Part shown: in pieces, positions 20,247 to 30,189 of the stretch | Numbering within the stretch: the stretch's first letter is position 1 | How the letters are laid out: each line of letters opens with the position of its first letter | Origin: a bacterium | GTDB taxonomy: Bacteria > Bdellovibrionota_C > UBA2361 > CALJRW01 | Length of the DNA stretch: 64,000 nucleotides | Direction: 5' to 3' | Assembly: GCA_031385045.1 (NCBI GenBank) | Contig: JANNBC010000007.1 | Coordinates: 64,001-128,000, forward strand | The notes under the pieces: generated by a model | What the model was told of the DNA's origin: nothing | The model's input: the letters and a program-made list of their open reading frames with translations, nothing else | Database searches by the model: none | Made by a program: the position numbers and the translations under genes

Positions 20247-21116
20247 TTAAGCAGCGTCTTCTACTGCTTCAGCCGTTGCTTCTTTAGCTGCCAAACAGAC
20301 AGTATTATCAGAAGCTAAATGATAAACATCTAATTCATCACCAAAGCGCTGAAAACCATAACGTACGGCTCCACCATTATCTCGTAACAAGTCACGACAA
20401 GCCTTGTCTTGATCTGAGAACCAAAGTTCTTGGTACTTTGATAACAATTCAGTATCATCTAACAATTCACGATCAATCATTGCCAAGCAACGAGTATCAA
20501 TCATTACTTTTCCAACAGAGGTTGGAGCATTAGCAATTATCTCTTCAAAATCAACTTCATCATGAGAGGAATCATGAATCACGATTCGACAAGAATAAGG
20601 GTTTCTAAGAATTCGATAATTTCCCGGGCTTAGCTCTATAACAACACCACCAAACTTTTTAATTACTTCATTCTTTTCTGTTGGATCTGAATCAATTAAG
20701 TCCAAAAGTGCTCGATGTAATTGTGGATTAGCTAACATAAACTGATCAATGATCACCATATGTCCACTTTCAATAGCAATTCTTTCTCGCAAGTTACCGC
20801 TGTTATTATCAGATCGACCAAAACGACCTCGGCCGCCTCCGCCACCTTGACGCCGACCACCGCCACCGCCACCGCGCCAGCTTCCGCCACCGCCGCTTCC
20901 ACCGCGACCACCACCAAATCTGCGACCGCCAGCACCTTGTCCACGACCGCCGCCTTCGCTGCGACCACTCTCACTCCGGCTACCTTCTCCACGGCCACCC
21001 TCTCCGCGACCTCCACCATTGCTACCGCCACCACTTCTTTGACGACCGTATCGTCCTCCACCATTATTGCTTCCACCGCTTCCGCGAGAATCTGAATTTC
21101 TCATTGCGTTCTCCAA
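20247..21116 (-). CDS. Hypothetical protein with ~100-aa Gly/Arg-rich (RGG) disordered N-terminus and globular C-terminal domain
   Basis: GGRG/GGGR repeats; C-terminal domain with IAIESGHMVIID and VMIDTRCLAMID internal repeat. Confidence 0.8.
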   Translation of the reverse strand: MENAMRNSDSRGSGGSNNGGGRYGRQRSGGGSNGGGRGEGGRGEGSRSESGRSEGGGRGQGAGGRRFGGGRGGSGGGGSWRGGGGGGRRQGGGGGRGRFGRSDNNSGNLRERIAIESGHMVIIDQFMLANPQLHRALLDLIDSDPTEKNEVIKKFGGVVIELSPGNYRILRNPYSCRIVIHDSSHDEVDFEEIIANAPTSVGKVMIDTRCLAMIDRELLDDTELLSKYQELWFSDQDKACRDLLRDNGGAVRYGFQRFGDELDVYHLASDNTVCLAAKEATAEAVEDAA

Positions 21117-21652
21117 TTTATTTAAAAAGTTTCTGCTTTAGCTGAACCTACTTGACTATCGATATCTTAAACTAATCTAAAATTTTAAGTTTCAATTTAG
21201 ATGTTTCCTAGGTCGCCAGTGGCGAGACTAAGGGATTAAATTAATTAAGCGTTTCGCAATATTCTCGAATAGAATCTATTGGCGATAAGTTATAGTAAAA
21301 ATCAGCAATCATTAAAAATTAATCACAAAGATTCGAATGTCCGCTGATAATAAGCCCAAGTTAAGAAGCTTTATTTTCGTTGACTTAGATAGCTAAAAAA
21401 ATTATCTGCAAACAGATAGCTATAAACTATTAATCAGAACAATTGTGATTAGTGCACATCTTTGATTCAATTTAATTACCATTTAGGAAAATACACTAAA
21501 GACAATCCCGCCCTATATTTAGCTCTGGAAAGTCTCAATGTTTTGCTCAGTTTAAACTAATATGCCACTAATGTGATTAGTCAAAGAATCAAAGTAAGTA
21601 CCAAATATATCTTTATTTTGAGGTTTTATCCATAGCACTACTTAAGACCTAA

Positions 21653-22264
21653 TTATTTGATATTACTAGATATTTTATATTCACAATGTTCACGAACAAG
21701 GCACTTTTGGCACTTTCTCTCTTCTGGAGTTGGCTTAACTGGAAAATCTTCATCTAGAATCTGCCTCATTTCCATTAAATGTCGATCTAACCACTGTTGT
21801 TTTTTCTGGGTATTTAGAATCTTAACACTACGAGCCTTTTTGCCTAGAATTAGATAACCATAAGGTGGCTTCTTACCCTCAAGCTCCTCAATCAATCTCA
21901 TGCTCACTAACAGTTCAACCACAAAACGATCTCTAATCTTATTAGCCAGGGGCTTACGTTCTACGGGAATAATATAGCCCCCCTCAACTAATAGGGCATC
22001 AGGTCTAGCACTAAGCAATTGACGTTCAGAAATATATTCTTTTGTTTCCTTAAAAAAACTACTGGGAGAAAGTACTGAATCAATCTTTAAATTTACACCA
22101 GAAGTTTTTCTTTTTTTCTGAGCAATTGTCGAGAAAGCATCAAGTACAATCACCAGAACTACCAGCAGAATGAGTAGCCAAAATACAAGAGAGGTCGTGT
22201 TGGAAAGTTGCTCGAAGAGAGAAGCAAGTTCACTTGCTAATTGACTTAAATATTCTTTCAACAT
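21653..22264 (-). CDS. Cas4-like PD-(D/E)xK nuclease, C-terminal part, with N-terminal TM helix
   Basis: RPDALL...PVERK motifs; C-terminal KCQKCLVREHC (CxxC-x5-C); TM LVFWLLILLVVLVIVL; lacks the first Fe-S Cys. Confidence 0.8.
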   Translation of the reverse strand: MLKEYLSQLASELASLFEQLSNTTSLVFWLLILLVVLVIVLDAFSTIAQKKRKTSGVNLKIDSVLSPSSFFKETKEYISERQLLSARPDALLVEGGYIIPVERKPLANKIRDRFVVELLVSMRLIEELEGKKPPYGYLILGKKARSVKILNTQKKQQWLDRHLMEMRQILDEDFPVKPTPEERKCQKCLVREHCEYKISSNIK

Positions 22265-22280
22265 TTATAAACACAAAAAA

Positions 22281-22544
22281 TTAGTGTATCTGCGTGAACA
22301 AATAAACAATAATTAAAAAGAAAATCATGAAAATAATTAAGTTAGTAGCCCAAGTTAAATAACGTGCCGCATCAAAATCAGCCAACCAACTCTTCATAAT
22401 CTCCTGACGTTCTGGCTCCGATTTTTGATCTGGCGGCATCACTTGTTTACGATAGAGCAAATTCCAGCTTTCAGGACAATGCAGATAACTAGCAATATCC
22501 TTTGCAGTGATAATAATTTTACCCTCTTTACTTAAATGGCCCAT
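22281..22544 (-). CDS. Small membrane protein carrying the Cas4 N-terminal Cys motif
   Basis: ITAKDIASYLHCPESWNL matches the Cas4/AddB N-terminal pattern; C-terminal TM helix. Confidence 0.75.
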   Translation of the reverse strand: MGHLSKEGKIIITAKDIASYLHCPESWNLLYRKQVMPPDQKSEPERQEIMKSWLADFDAARYLTWATNLIIFMIFFLIIVYLFTQIH

Positions 22545-22696
22545 CTGCTTTTATAAATTAAATGGAGAGTGACTTAGTCTAGAAATTAGTAACATTTGAA
22601 ATCTGAGCGCACCCTTCTGAAATTATGAGTACGCATTTTCAACTATTATATGAATCAACAAGTGAAACTTGCAATAAGCTTAGTAAAGATTAGAAC

Positions 22697-23176
22697 TTAT
22701 TTCTTACTAACAATTTTTTGTAAAATTTCGTTTAATTTAGATCCTGTAATTAAACTTTGTCGGGAATTCGTGCTTAACTCATAGACCGATCTTAAGTCTG
22801 GCGCAGTTAAAATTTCATCGTAACGACTATCACAAATTGGAATATGGGCTGTCTCGATAATATACTGAGCCTCAGGTGATTGATTATTAGTTATCTTCCA
22901 AAAAGCATATTTAGCTGTTGAAGAATAAAATCGGCAACTTAATACAAAAGAATTCATCTCTGTAGTTTCAATCGCAACAATTAAATCACTGTCTGCTTTC
23001 AAACTAAAGTTGAATTTAAGGGCTTCTAACCATGCTTTTTTAGCACGGTAAGCCGATAGCTCATCCACGTAATTTCCATGGATCGTATCAGTATCTGGAT
23101 CAAAACAAACCCCTTCGAAATAAGGAATTTCTTTAATGTGTGGTAACTGCTTTGTTTGGATTTGAACTGAATTCAT
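22697..23176 (-). CDS. Hypothetical protein
   Basis: 159-aa ORF, AAGG RBS, sigma28-like promoter upstream. Confidence 0.7.
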   Translation of the reverse strand: MNSVQIQTKQLPHIKEIPYFEGVCFDPDTDTIHGNYVDELSAYRAKKAWLEALKFNFSLKADSDLIVAIETTEMNSFVLSCRFYSSTAKYAFWKITNNQSPEAQYIIETAHIPICDSRYDEILTAPDLRSVYELSTNSRQSLITGSKLNEILQKIVSKK

Positions 23177-23268
23177 TTGCTATACCTTGGTAAAACCACA
23201 GAATCTTTACTAACTCTCAATTCACAACTATGTTGAAAAATGAGTAAAACCTATCATCTGTATATAGA

Positions 23269-23296
23269 TTCTCGGCTGAAACTATAGAAAACTTAA
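23269..23296 (-). promoter_or_regulatory. Sigma28/FliA-like promoter
   Basis: TTAAGTTT-N12-GCCGAGAA (TAAG-N15-GCCGAGAA), about 90 nt upstream of ATG 23176. Confidence 0.5.
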
Positions 23297-23515
23297 GGAT
23301 TTTCTAAGTTAAGTATTATGCTTAAAAGTTATTGATTATCTTAATAATATTAGTAGGTTATTGATTATCAGCGATTTGTTGCTTGGGAATAAAAGTTATT
23401 TTATGGCTTTGTTGTGGAGATTGGGCCTTTAGTTTCTGCAATATTACCTAGTGAACTAAATAATACACTGTAGCTCAACGGGCTTGTTTTCAACTGGGTT
23501 AGATACGTAAAGTTA

Positions 23516-24583
23516 TTAATAATTTTTAGTAGTTACGGGAAGGCTCATCTTTAAATTTAACCAACTGACATCAAGCCCTGGACCAAAAGCTATTAAGGTT
23601 AACTCTTCCGAGGTATCACGTTCGTTCTTTAAAAACTCTTGCAAACAAAAAAATATTGTTGCTGATGACATATTGCCGAATTTTTTTAATACCGAATAAC
23701 TTGCCTCTAAATCTGATAATTCTAAGCCTTCAGCGACAGCCTTTAAGATTGCTTTCCCACCAGGATGTACAACAATGTTTTTCTTACGATAAAAACTGCT
23801 AAAGGCTGACTGTTTAAGAATTTCTTTAATATAATTCGGAAGCCGAGGGGAGAGTCCCATTAGCCACCCTGACGGAGTAATATTCCAAGATAAATATTCT
23901 GTCGCCTCCGAAAATGTCTTTGTCCCAACCTGAGAAATTTGTAAGTGACTTAGATTTTCATCTTGACTATTTCTTAGGGCAATAAAGGCACAACCATCGC
24001 TAAACAAGGCATTACTAATCTGAATTTCAGGATCAAGAGTATTCTGATAATGAAGCGAACAAGCTTCCACACAAATGACCAAAACAATTTTTTCAGTGAT
24101 TAGCTGACAAAGTCCTGCAGCACTATGCAGTCCAACAACGCCGCCATGACAACCCATAAAGCCAAGATGCCAGTGAATACAAGAATCAAGGGCTAGATGG
24201 CTTACTATTTTTGTATCAAGTGTCGGGTTTGTTAGTCCTGTGCACGAAACTGTAATCACACCTCCAATTTCATGAGGATTAATCTGATTAGTTAAAATAA
24301 AATGATCTAAATTTTTTAGAATCTCCGGCAAGACCACACCAACATAATGGTTATTTCTCTCTACCGTCCCGGGGATTTTATTTAAATAAAATTCTTTCCA
24401 ATCTGATAAGTAGGTATATCTTTCCTCCACAGCTGTCTGTCTAATCATGCGGCTATGTCCCAGAGTCCAATTCGTAACATTAGCTTCTTGAAATCCAAGA
24501 TACTCATTTTGCAATACATGATTAGGAGCTGGATAAACTCCGATACATAGAATACCTACTGGATTATTTTTAAGATCAGTCAT
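23516..24583 (-). CDS. Type III polyketide synthase
   Basis: Catalytic triad MGCHGG (Cys), VHPGG (His), GNMSS (Asn); LFSDG; AFGPG. Confidence 0.95.
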   Translation of the reverse strand: MTDLKNNPVGILCIGVYPAPNHVLQNEYLGFQEANVTNWTLGHSRMIRQTAVEERYTYLSDWKEFYLNKIPGTVERNNHYVGVVLPEILKNLDHFILTNQINPHEIGGVITVSCTGLTNPTLDTKIVSHLALDSCIHWHLGFMGCHGGVVGLHSAAGLCQLITEKIVLVICVEACSLHYQNTLDPEIQISNALFSDGCAFIALRNSQDENLSHLQISQVGTKTFSEATEYLSWNITPSGWLMGLSPRLPNYIKEILKQSAFSSFYRKKNIVVHPGGKAILKAVAEGLELSDLEASYSVLKKFGNMSSATIFFCLQEFLKNERDTSEELTLIAFGPGLDVSWLNLKMSLPVTTKNY

Positions 24584-24592
24584 TAATAATTA

Positions 24593-25672
24593 TTACCATA
24601 ACTTAGAAGCTAGTGGAGCGATATAAGGGATTAAGGGAAATAAAAATTTTCTTTTTATAGAACTCTCAATAATCCAAGTGATCATTTGACAACGTGCCCA
24701 TTGTCTTTTTTGTAATATTCTAATTTCTTTTTTCCAAAGCTTAGTGCTGATGTCAGAAATTTCGCGTCGATCTTGAAAGTTCAATGTAATCAGCTCTGCT
24801 AATCTCTCTGCAGTTTGAATTGCGAAATACATTCCTTCGCCTGTAAATGGCTCGGGATAACCCAAGGCGTCACCACAAAGAAAAACTTTTCCCTGAGCTG
24901 GCAGTCGCTTACGATATAAAGTTTCTGTCGCTGACTTTTCGTGAAGTTCTTCTAGTAAAAAATATCTTTTAAGAAAATCAGAAGTGTGAAGTTTTTTACC
25001 ACGTAGATAAGAAGCGATATGAAAGTAAGGCTCCTCCCCTGCAACTCTCACAACACCATGGTAACCAAAATTATCAAGAAGAAAACGGACCTCTCCGCAT
25101 GGAAGGCTATCTAACCCATGTGGATCACCGGCAATTTTTTTTAGGTACCCTTGAAATCCAAAGCCGTTCTTCTCTAACCGTTCCTCTGGCCATTCAGGCA
25201 GTGACTTTGTGGCAATTCCACCACAGTCAATAATAAGATCAAAGATTTGCTCCTGGCCATTACAGAGAAGAAGACCTGCTACTGAATCAATAATTTTTGC
25301 CTTCTTGTTAATTAGAGTCACTCCCTGTTGCACGGCGATGGTTCTAATGGCGTTATCAAGTATTGACCGATCGATCCACCTTCCATGATTATGCTTAAAT
25401 GAAATAGTACTTTCGACGGAAACGAGTGATATTGTATTAATTGGAGTTCCCGGAATTATGACAGAACTTAATCCATGTTTAACTAAAATCTGGACTGCCT
25501 CTTTATGGAGACATCCACCACATACCTTACCAAGTCTTAATACTTCTGGAAGAGATTTTTTTTCAAATAAATAGATGTTTGAGAAGCCTTTAGTACTTAG
25601 TAAGTATGATAAGAAACTTCCACATATTCCTGCGCCAATAATCGCAATCTTGGGGCTTATATTGTTTATCAC
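24593..25672 (-). CDS. FAD-dependent oxidoreductase/monooxygenase (geranylgeranyl reductase-like fold)
   Basis: IIGAGICG, KVCGGCL, GDALGYPEPFTGEGM. Confidence 0.85.
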   Translation of the reverse strand: MINNISPKIAIIGAGICGSFLSYLLSTKGFSNIYLFEKKSLPEVLRLGKVCGGCLHKEAVQILVKHGLSSVIIPGTPINTISLVSVESTISFKHNHGRWIDRSILDNAIRTIAVQQGVTLINKKAKIIDSVAGLLLCNGQEQIFDLIIDCGGIATKSLPEWPEERLEKNGFGFQGYLKKIAGDPHGLDSLPCGEVRFLLDNFGYHGVVRVAGEEPYFHIASYLRGKKLHTSDFLKRYFLLEELHEKSATETLYRKRLPAQGKVFLCGDALGYPEPFTGEGMYFAIQTAERLAELITLNFQDRREISDISTKLWKKEIRILQKRQWARCQMITWIIESSIKRKFLFPLIPYIAPLASKLW

Positions 25673-26379
25673 AAGATAGACTCTAAGAGTATTCGTTCAG
25701 GGAATACTTTACTAACTTGATAACTAGATTCGATAGCTTGTCTCTCCCATTCTTGATGATTGTAGGAGCGATAAACAGAAACTCTTGCGTCATGATGAAC
25801 AACTTTGCTTCTTGTAATTACTTTAGGAAATAAATTAGCTAATAATAATCCTTTTTTAGTTCGTAAAAGATCTTCGTGTCTTACAGCCAACACTGCCTTC
25901 CTTTTAGTTAAATGAAGGAATGGTAAAATTTCAGTAGGATCTAAATGATGTAAAACTAAATTTGTATTGATTAATGAATAGTTTCTTTCAACTTCTTCCA
26001 ACCTTTCTGAGGAATAATTAATTTGAGATTCATTATTGTATGATTCTGCAATCGAAATTAAAGTTTTATTAAGATCAATTCCGTAAAATTTAATATTTAA
26101 GTTATTAATTTTAGCAAAATTATGTAAGTATCTTAATAGACCACCCCCACCACAGCCAATATCTGCAAAAGAAAACTCTTCGCTTAATTTATGATTTAAT
26201 TTTTTATATTGTACTTTAAGCCAGTTAGCTGTTCTATAAAAGTTACCACTCAAATAATTAATTCTATTTAATGTAATTTCTACAGCTGATAATTCTTGCA
26301 ACGAAAGTCCTTTTTGATCCATTAGTTCTTGCAAGTAAGGTCGCTGCTCTAAAAGCTTGGGTATTTTAGTTATTTTCAC
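25669..26379 (-). CDS. SAM-dependent methyltransferase
   Basis: ELMD, DIGCGGG, LVLHH, HDARVSV motifs; GTG start with AGGAG RBS. Confidence 0.9.
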   Translation of the reverse strand: MKITKIPKLLEQRPYLQELMDQKGLSLQELSAVEITLNRINYLSGNFYRTANWLKVQYKKLNHKLSEEFSFADIGCGGGGLLRYLHNFAKINNLNIKFYGIDLNKTLISIAESYNNESQINYSSERLEEVERNYSLINTNLVLHHLDPTEILPFLHLTKRKAVLAVRHEDLLRTKKGLLLANLFPKVITRSKVVHHDARVSVYRSYNHQEWERQAIESSYQVSKVFPERILLESIL

Positions 26380-26673
26380 TAGTTTACCTTACTCCTTTAA
26401 AATTATCATTAAAAGCTCAATTTATAACTATATTGAACCTGCTTAATATTTTTATCAAAAATAACAATATTTATCATGATCAAGATCATACAACTTAATT
26501 TAACTTAGTTATAAATTGTTTTTCTAATATAAATTATCTGTCTTTTGAAAATCTGAATTCTGTTTCAACCACCATTGGAACAAAAGTAGGACTTTTAAAG
26601 CAAGGGCAAAAATATAACTAAACATGGGCTCCAAAATATTTTTGGAAATTACTTTATAAACTAAGGAGAATTT

Positions 26674-26907
26674 ATGAATGAAGATACAATCAAAGGAAAC
26701 TGGAAAATTTTAAAAGGTAAAGTTAGAGAAGCTTGGGGAGACTTAACAGACGACGAGATCACTGAGCTTTCTGGCCAAAAAGATCAACTAGTAGGCACTG
26801 TTCAGAAAAGATATGGCATTGCTCGCGAAGAAGCTGTTAAGCAGGTTGATAGCTGGGCTAAAATGCATACCAAGAAGAACAAAGCAGGCTGCGATACTTG
26901 CAACTAA
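26674..26907 (+). CDS. CsbD/YjbJ-family stress protein
   Basis: IKGNWKILKGKVREAWGDLTDD...QKRYG; AGGAG RBS. Confidence 0.92.
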   Translation: MNEDTIKGNWKILKGKVREAWGDLTDDEITELSGQKDQLVGTVQKRYGIAREEAVKQVDSWAKMHTKKNKAGCDTCN

Positions 26908-26949
26908 GTATTGAGGCTCTGTATAATTTTAAATAAATAAAAAATAAAA

Positions 26950-27267
26950 ATGGAAAATACTGCAACACACAATGGAAATGGGAAAAAAGCTACATCAGAA
27001 ATTAATACAACTGTTGAAGCCTTAAAAGAAAAATCTCAATCTTTAAGAGGGGATCTATCTGAAATTAAAAACTTGCTATCAGAACTTTTTACTGAAGGAG
27101 CTGACTACGCAAAAGAAGGTGGAGCCGAAAAGCTTCATTTACTACAAAAAAAAGGTATGAAGAAGCTATCTGAGATTGAACATTCAATGGAAAGACATCC
27201 CATAGAAAGTATTTTAATTGGAGCAGGTCTCGGACTAGTCTTTGGTGCTTACATGTTTCGTAAATAA
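26950..27267 (+). CDS. ElaB/YqjD (DUF883)-like tail-anchored membrane protein
   Basis: Coiled N-terminus and C-terminal HPIESILIGAGLGLVFG. Confidence 0.8.
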   Translation: MENTATHNGNGKKATSEINTTVEALKEKSQSLRGDLSEIKNLLSELFTEGADYAKEGGAEKLHLLQKKGMKKLSEIEHSMERHPIESILIGAGLGLVFGAYMFRK

Positions 27268-27270
27268 AAA

Positions 27271-27639
27271 ATGCCTACGAGTTTGTCACAAAAAGAAAAT
27301 GAAGGCCCTGAAGCTCTGTTAGCAAGTCTAGCAGAGCTTCAGATTTTAGCTGACTTAGTTCAAAATAAAATTGAATTATCGAAATTGAGCCTAAGCAACT
27401 ATTTATTTAAACTCAGCGCTAAAATAATCTTAGGGATTTCTTTATTCACAATCTTTTTAAGTTCGCTGGCATTTAGCATCTTCGCACTAATTGAATCTTT
27501 AACTATTTACTGGTCAAAGTATACTGGGGAACCACTTTGGATTATTCGACTTTTGACATCTGTTAGCCTGATAATAATATTATTATCATTACTAATATTA
27601 GGATTTTATTTAATACAAAAAAAATTAACTAAGATTTAA
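27271..27639 (+). CDS. Two-TM membrane protein, YqjE/holin-X-like
   Basis: KIELSKL followed by two TM helices; follows elaB-like gene as in yqjDEK. Confidence 0.55.
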   Translation: MPTSLSQKENEGPEALLASLAELQILADLVQNKIELSKLSLSNYLFKLSAKIILGISLFTIFLSSLAFSIFALIESLTIYWSKYTGEPLWIIRLLTSVSLIIILLSLLILGFYLIQKKLTKI

Positions 27640-27654
27640 TCACACTAGAAATCT

Positions 27655-28035
27655 ATGGAAAATTTAAAGATTTTAATGGCTAAAAACAAATTTATTAATC
27701 AAGAGATTGATGGACATTGGATTAGCTTCAAAGATAATTTAAAAAACATTTTTAAATTATCTCCTTGGATTAGAACATACCCTTTTACAAGCTTTTCACT
27801 TTCATTGCTAACAGGTGTATTTATCAGTGCAAGATTGGCACAAGTTCGTCCCCAACTGGAAGACGTTGAACCGCAAGGAGAGCACTTAGCTACAAGTAGT
27901 AAATCAATCCTTAGAAATGAAATCTTACCAATCTTATCGCAGCTTTTAATTGTAAAACTTAAAGACTCTTTGGAGCTTAAAAAGCTAAACTTGCACTCTA
28001 ATCCTAACTTCGAATCTGCTCCTGATGAAGAGTAG
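27655..28035 (+). CDS. Hypothetical protein (YqjK-like position)
   Basis: WIRTYPFTSFSLSLLTG hydrophobic segment; operon context. Confidence 0.5.
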   Translation: MENLKILMAKNKFINQEIDGHWISFKDNLKNIFKLSPWIRTYPFTSFSLSLLTGVFISARLAQVRPQLEDVEPQGEHLATSSKSILRNEILPILSQLLIVKLKDSLELKKLNLHSNPNFESAPDEE

Positions 28036-28338
28036 ACCTCCTTTGACCTGTTATTATTAATTAATATACTTTACTAAAGGGTAGCTAATTAGAATAAATA
28101 TGCAAAAAGTAGAGAATATGGTTTTGCTTTGGGTATCTTGCCTGAACTTTACCAAGCTACTCGGTAATATTTAATGGCTTTTATTTAGTAAATTGTCTGC
28201 ATTTGGCTTTTGTAAAAATAAGGCTAAATATCTAAGTAATTTCTAACGCTTACAGTGTCTAATATGACTAAGATCATAGGAGAAACATGGAAATCCAGAT
28301 ATTTTAATTCAATAAATTTAATATAAAGGAAAATTCCA

Positions 28339-28704
28339 ATGCAAAATTTAGCAATTAATGGAACATTGATATTTGCAATGTTTTTTTTGTCACTCACAGC
28401 TTGTCAAAGTAAGGCAATGCATGTCGCAGAGACACTTAACGAATCAAATTATAAAATTCATCAAGCACATGATAAAGCCCAAGAAGAGTTCACTACTGCG
28501 GCAGTAGCTCATGACAAGGTAGTTAGAAAAGCGGTAGTTCCCCTAGATCAGGCAAAAATTGAGTATGAAGAACAACGTCGCCAAGCTTCTGAAAAAATTT
28601 ATCAAGCTAATAAAACTTTAATCAATAAACAAAGTGCCTCAGTATTAGAAGTTAGAAAGGTAGAAGCCGAAGCACGACAAGATGTTTTTGATGCAGCTAA
28701 ATAG
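28339..28704 (+). CDS. Putative lipoprotein
   Basis: Lipobox LTAC; helical body; AAGGA RBS. Confidence 0.7.
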   Translation: MQNLAINGTLIFAMFFLSLTACQSKAMHVAETLNESNYKIHQAHDKAQEEFTTAAVAHDKVVRKAVVPLDQAKIEYEEQRRQASEKIYQANKTLINKQSASVLEVRKVEAEARQDVFDAAK

Positions 28705-28846
28705 TAAAGATTATGACTTAAGATTTTAATCCTTTTTAGATCACCAAGGCAAAATATCTATTTTTTCAAAAATAAGCTTTGTCTCTTTGGGTGCCTTTTT
28801 TAAAAAATTAGAACAGATTAACAAATTTTATTTACAAGGAAATCAA

Positions 28847-29194
28847 ATGAAATATTTATTGAAAACAGCATTTTTGGTTCTAATAATTCTAAGTACTGGA
28901 ATTATTGCCTGCAAAAATAAATCAGAAAGGATCGCTGATACAGTTAGAACTGGTAATCAACAACTAAAAGAAGTTGCCGAGGAAGGCAATGCTGAGATTG
29001 CGGAAACTGTTCGAGACGAGAATATTAAGCTTAATAAAGTTAATGCCGATCCAGATTCAACTGCAGGTGAAAAACTTGATGCTGAGTTAGATGCTAAGGC
29101 AAATATCCTTGACGAAAAAATTGAAGCTACGAATGAGTATATGGATACAAGAGATGAAATAGACAAAGATATTAAAGATGAATTGAAAAAATAA
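28847..29194 (+). CDS. Putative lipoprotein
   Basis: ATG 28847 with AAGGA RBS; signal ending IIAC; acidic helical body. Confidence 0.7.
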   Translation: MKYLLKTAFLVLIILSTGIIACKNKSERIADTVRTGNQQLKEVAEEGNAEIAETVRDENIKLNKVNADPDSTAGEKLDAELDAKANILDEKIEATNEYMDTRDEIDKDIKDELKK

Positions 29195-29202
29195 ATTGCT
29201 AG

Positions 29203-29244
29203 AAGCAGGGCGGGTGAATATTACTCCCCACCCTGCTTATTTTT
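29203..29244 (+). terminator. Rho-independent terminator
   Basis: AAGCAGGGCGGG...CCCACCCTGCTT followed by ATTTTT. Confidence 0.75.
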
Positions 29245-29281
29245 ATGCCATTCGCCTATACTTAATGAGTCTTCGTTATTT

Positions 29282-30061
29282 TCAAGAAGTAAATTTTATC
29301 CTTGCCCTGATTGCCGAATGATCTGATAAAACATCCTTTAAATGTGAATATTCTTCGATCTGCATCTGTTCGGGAAATAAAATCCAATCCAGTCTTTTTC
29401 TTGTAAAACGAAAAGTACCTCCTAAACTATCCTTTGGATCGAAGGCCGTAAGGTTTAAAGTTTTACTTAGAAGTGCAAGAGCTGAATTCTTAACTGAGTA
29501 TTCTGTATTAAAATCACCCATTATTATACAGGACCTCTTTCTAGCTTTTTGATATTCTATTATTTGCTTAACCTGCCTACTCCTAATTATACTGCTGACA
29601 CAATCTAAATGCAGAGAAATTATATCAAATTCACAATTATTAATCTGAATTGTTGCAACCACAAAACCTTTAACAGGTAAAAAGCGATAATTAAATAAAA
29701 TGATTGAATCTAGATTGCATAGTGGATATCTGGAAAGTAAAGCAGTTCCATAAGTTAAATTAAGCTTTTTGGCATGATTCCCACTAAAAAAATATGGATA
29801 CCCTGATTTTGCAGCAAGATATCCAAGGTGATCAAAGTTACCACTCCAGAAAGATTTATCATCGATTTCTTGCAATCCAACAATATCTGGTGATTCTCTA
29901 ATGATTGCATTCGCAATCAAATCAAGATTTTTGTAGATTTGTCTTGCGGGCTGAAATATTTGATGCAAGCTATTATTCCGTCCGTGGGCAATGTTTAATG
30001 ACAAAATAGACAAAAATTCTATCTCCGAAGTATTTACAAGTCTTTCTGGTCTTTTAGACAT
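29282..30061 (-). CDS. Endonuclease/exonuclease/phosphatase (EEP, YbhP-like) family protein
   Basis: SLNIAHG, LQE, HLD, GDFN, LDWI, SDH. Confidence 0.9.
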   Translation of the reverse strand: MSKRPERLVNTSEIEFLSILSLNIAHGRNNSLHQIFQPARQIYKNLDLIANAIIRESPDIVGLQEIDDKSFWSGNFDHLGYLAAKSGYPYFFSGNHAKKLNLTYGTALLSRYPLCNLDSIILFNYRFLPVKGFVVATIQINNCEFDIISLHLDCVSSIIRSRQVKQIIEYQKARKRSCIIMGDFNTEYSVKNSALALLSKTLNLTAFDPKDSLGGTFRFTRKRLDWILFPEQMQIEEYSHLKDVLSDHSAIRARIKFTS

Positions 30062-30189
30062 TATGGAGCTTAAATTTAAGCTTTTTAAGATAACTGAATC
30101 TTAAAAAATTCTTACTGATTTGGATCATACTAATGGTGTTATTTTTTGTGTTAAAAATTACTTTTTAGCACTTAATTCTATACACTAAA

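Noticed and set aside
20753..21095. ORFs 20753-21076 (-) and 20760-21095 (+)
   Set aside because: Shadow frames of the GC-rich Gly/Arg codon run.
21117..21652. Possible CRISPR array or leader next to the Cas4-like genes
   Set aside because: No regularly spaced direct repeats seen here or in 22545-22696 or 23177-23515.
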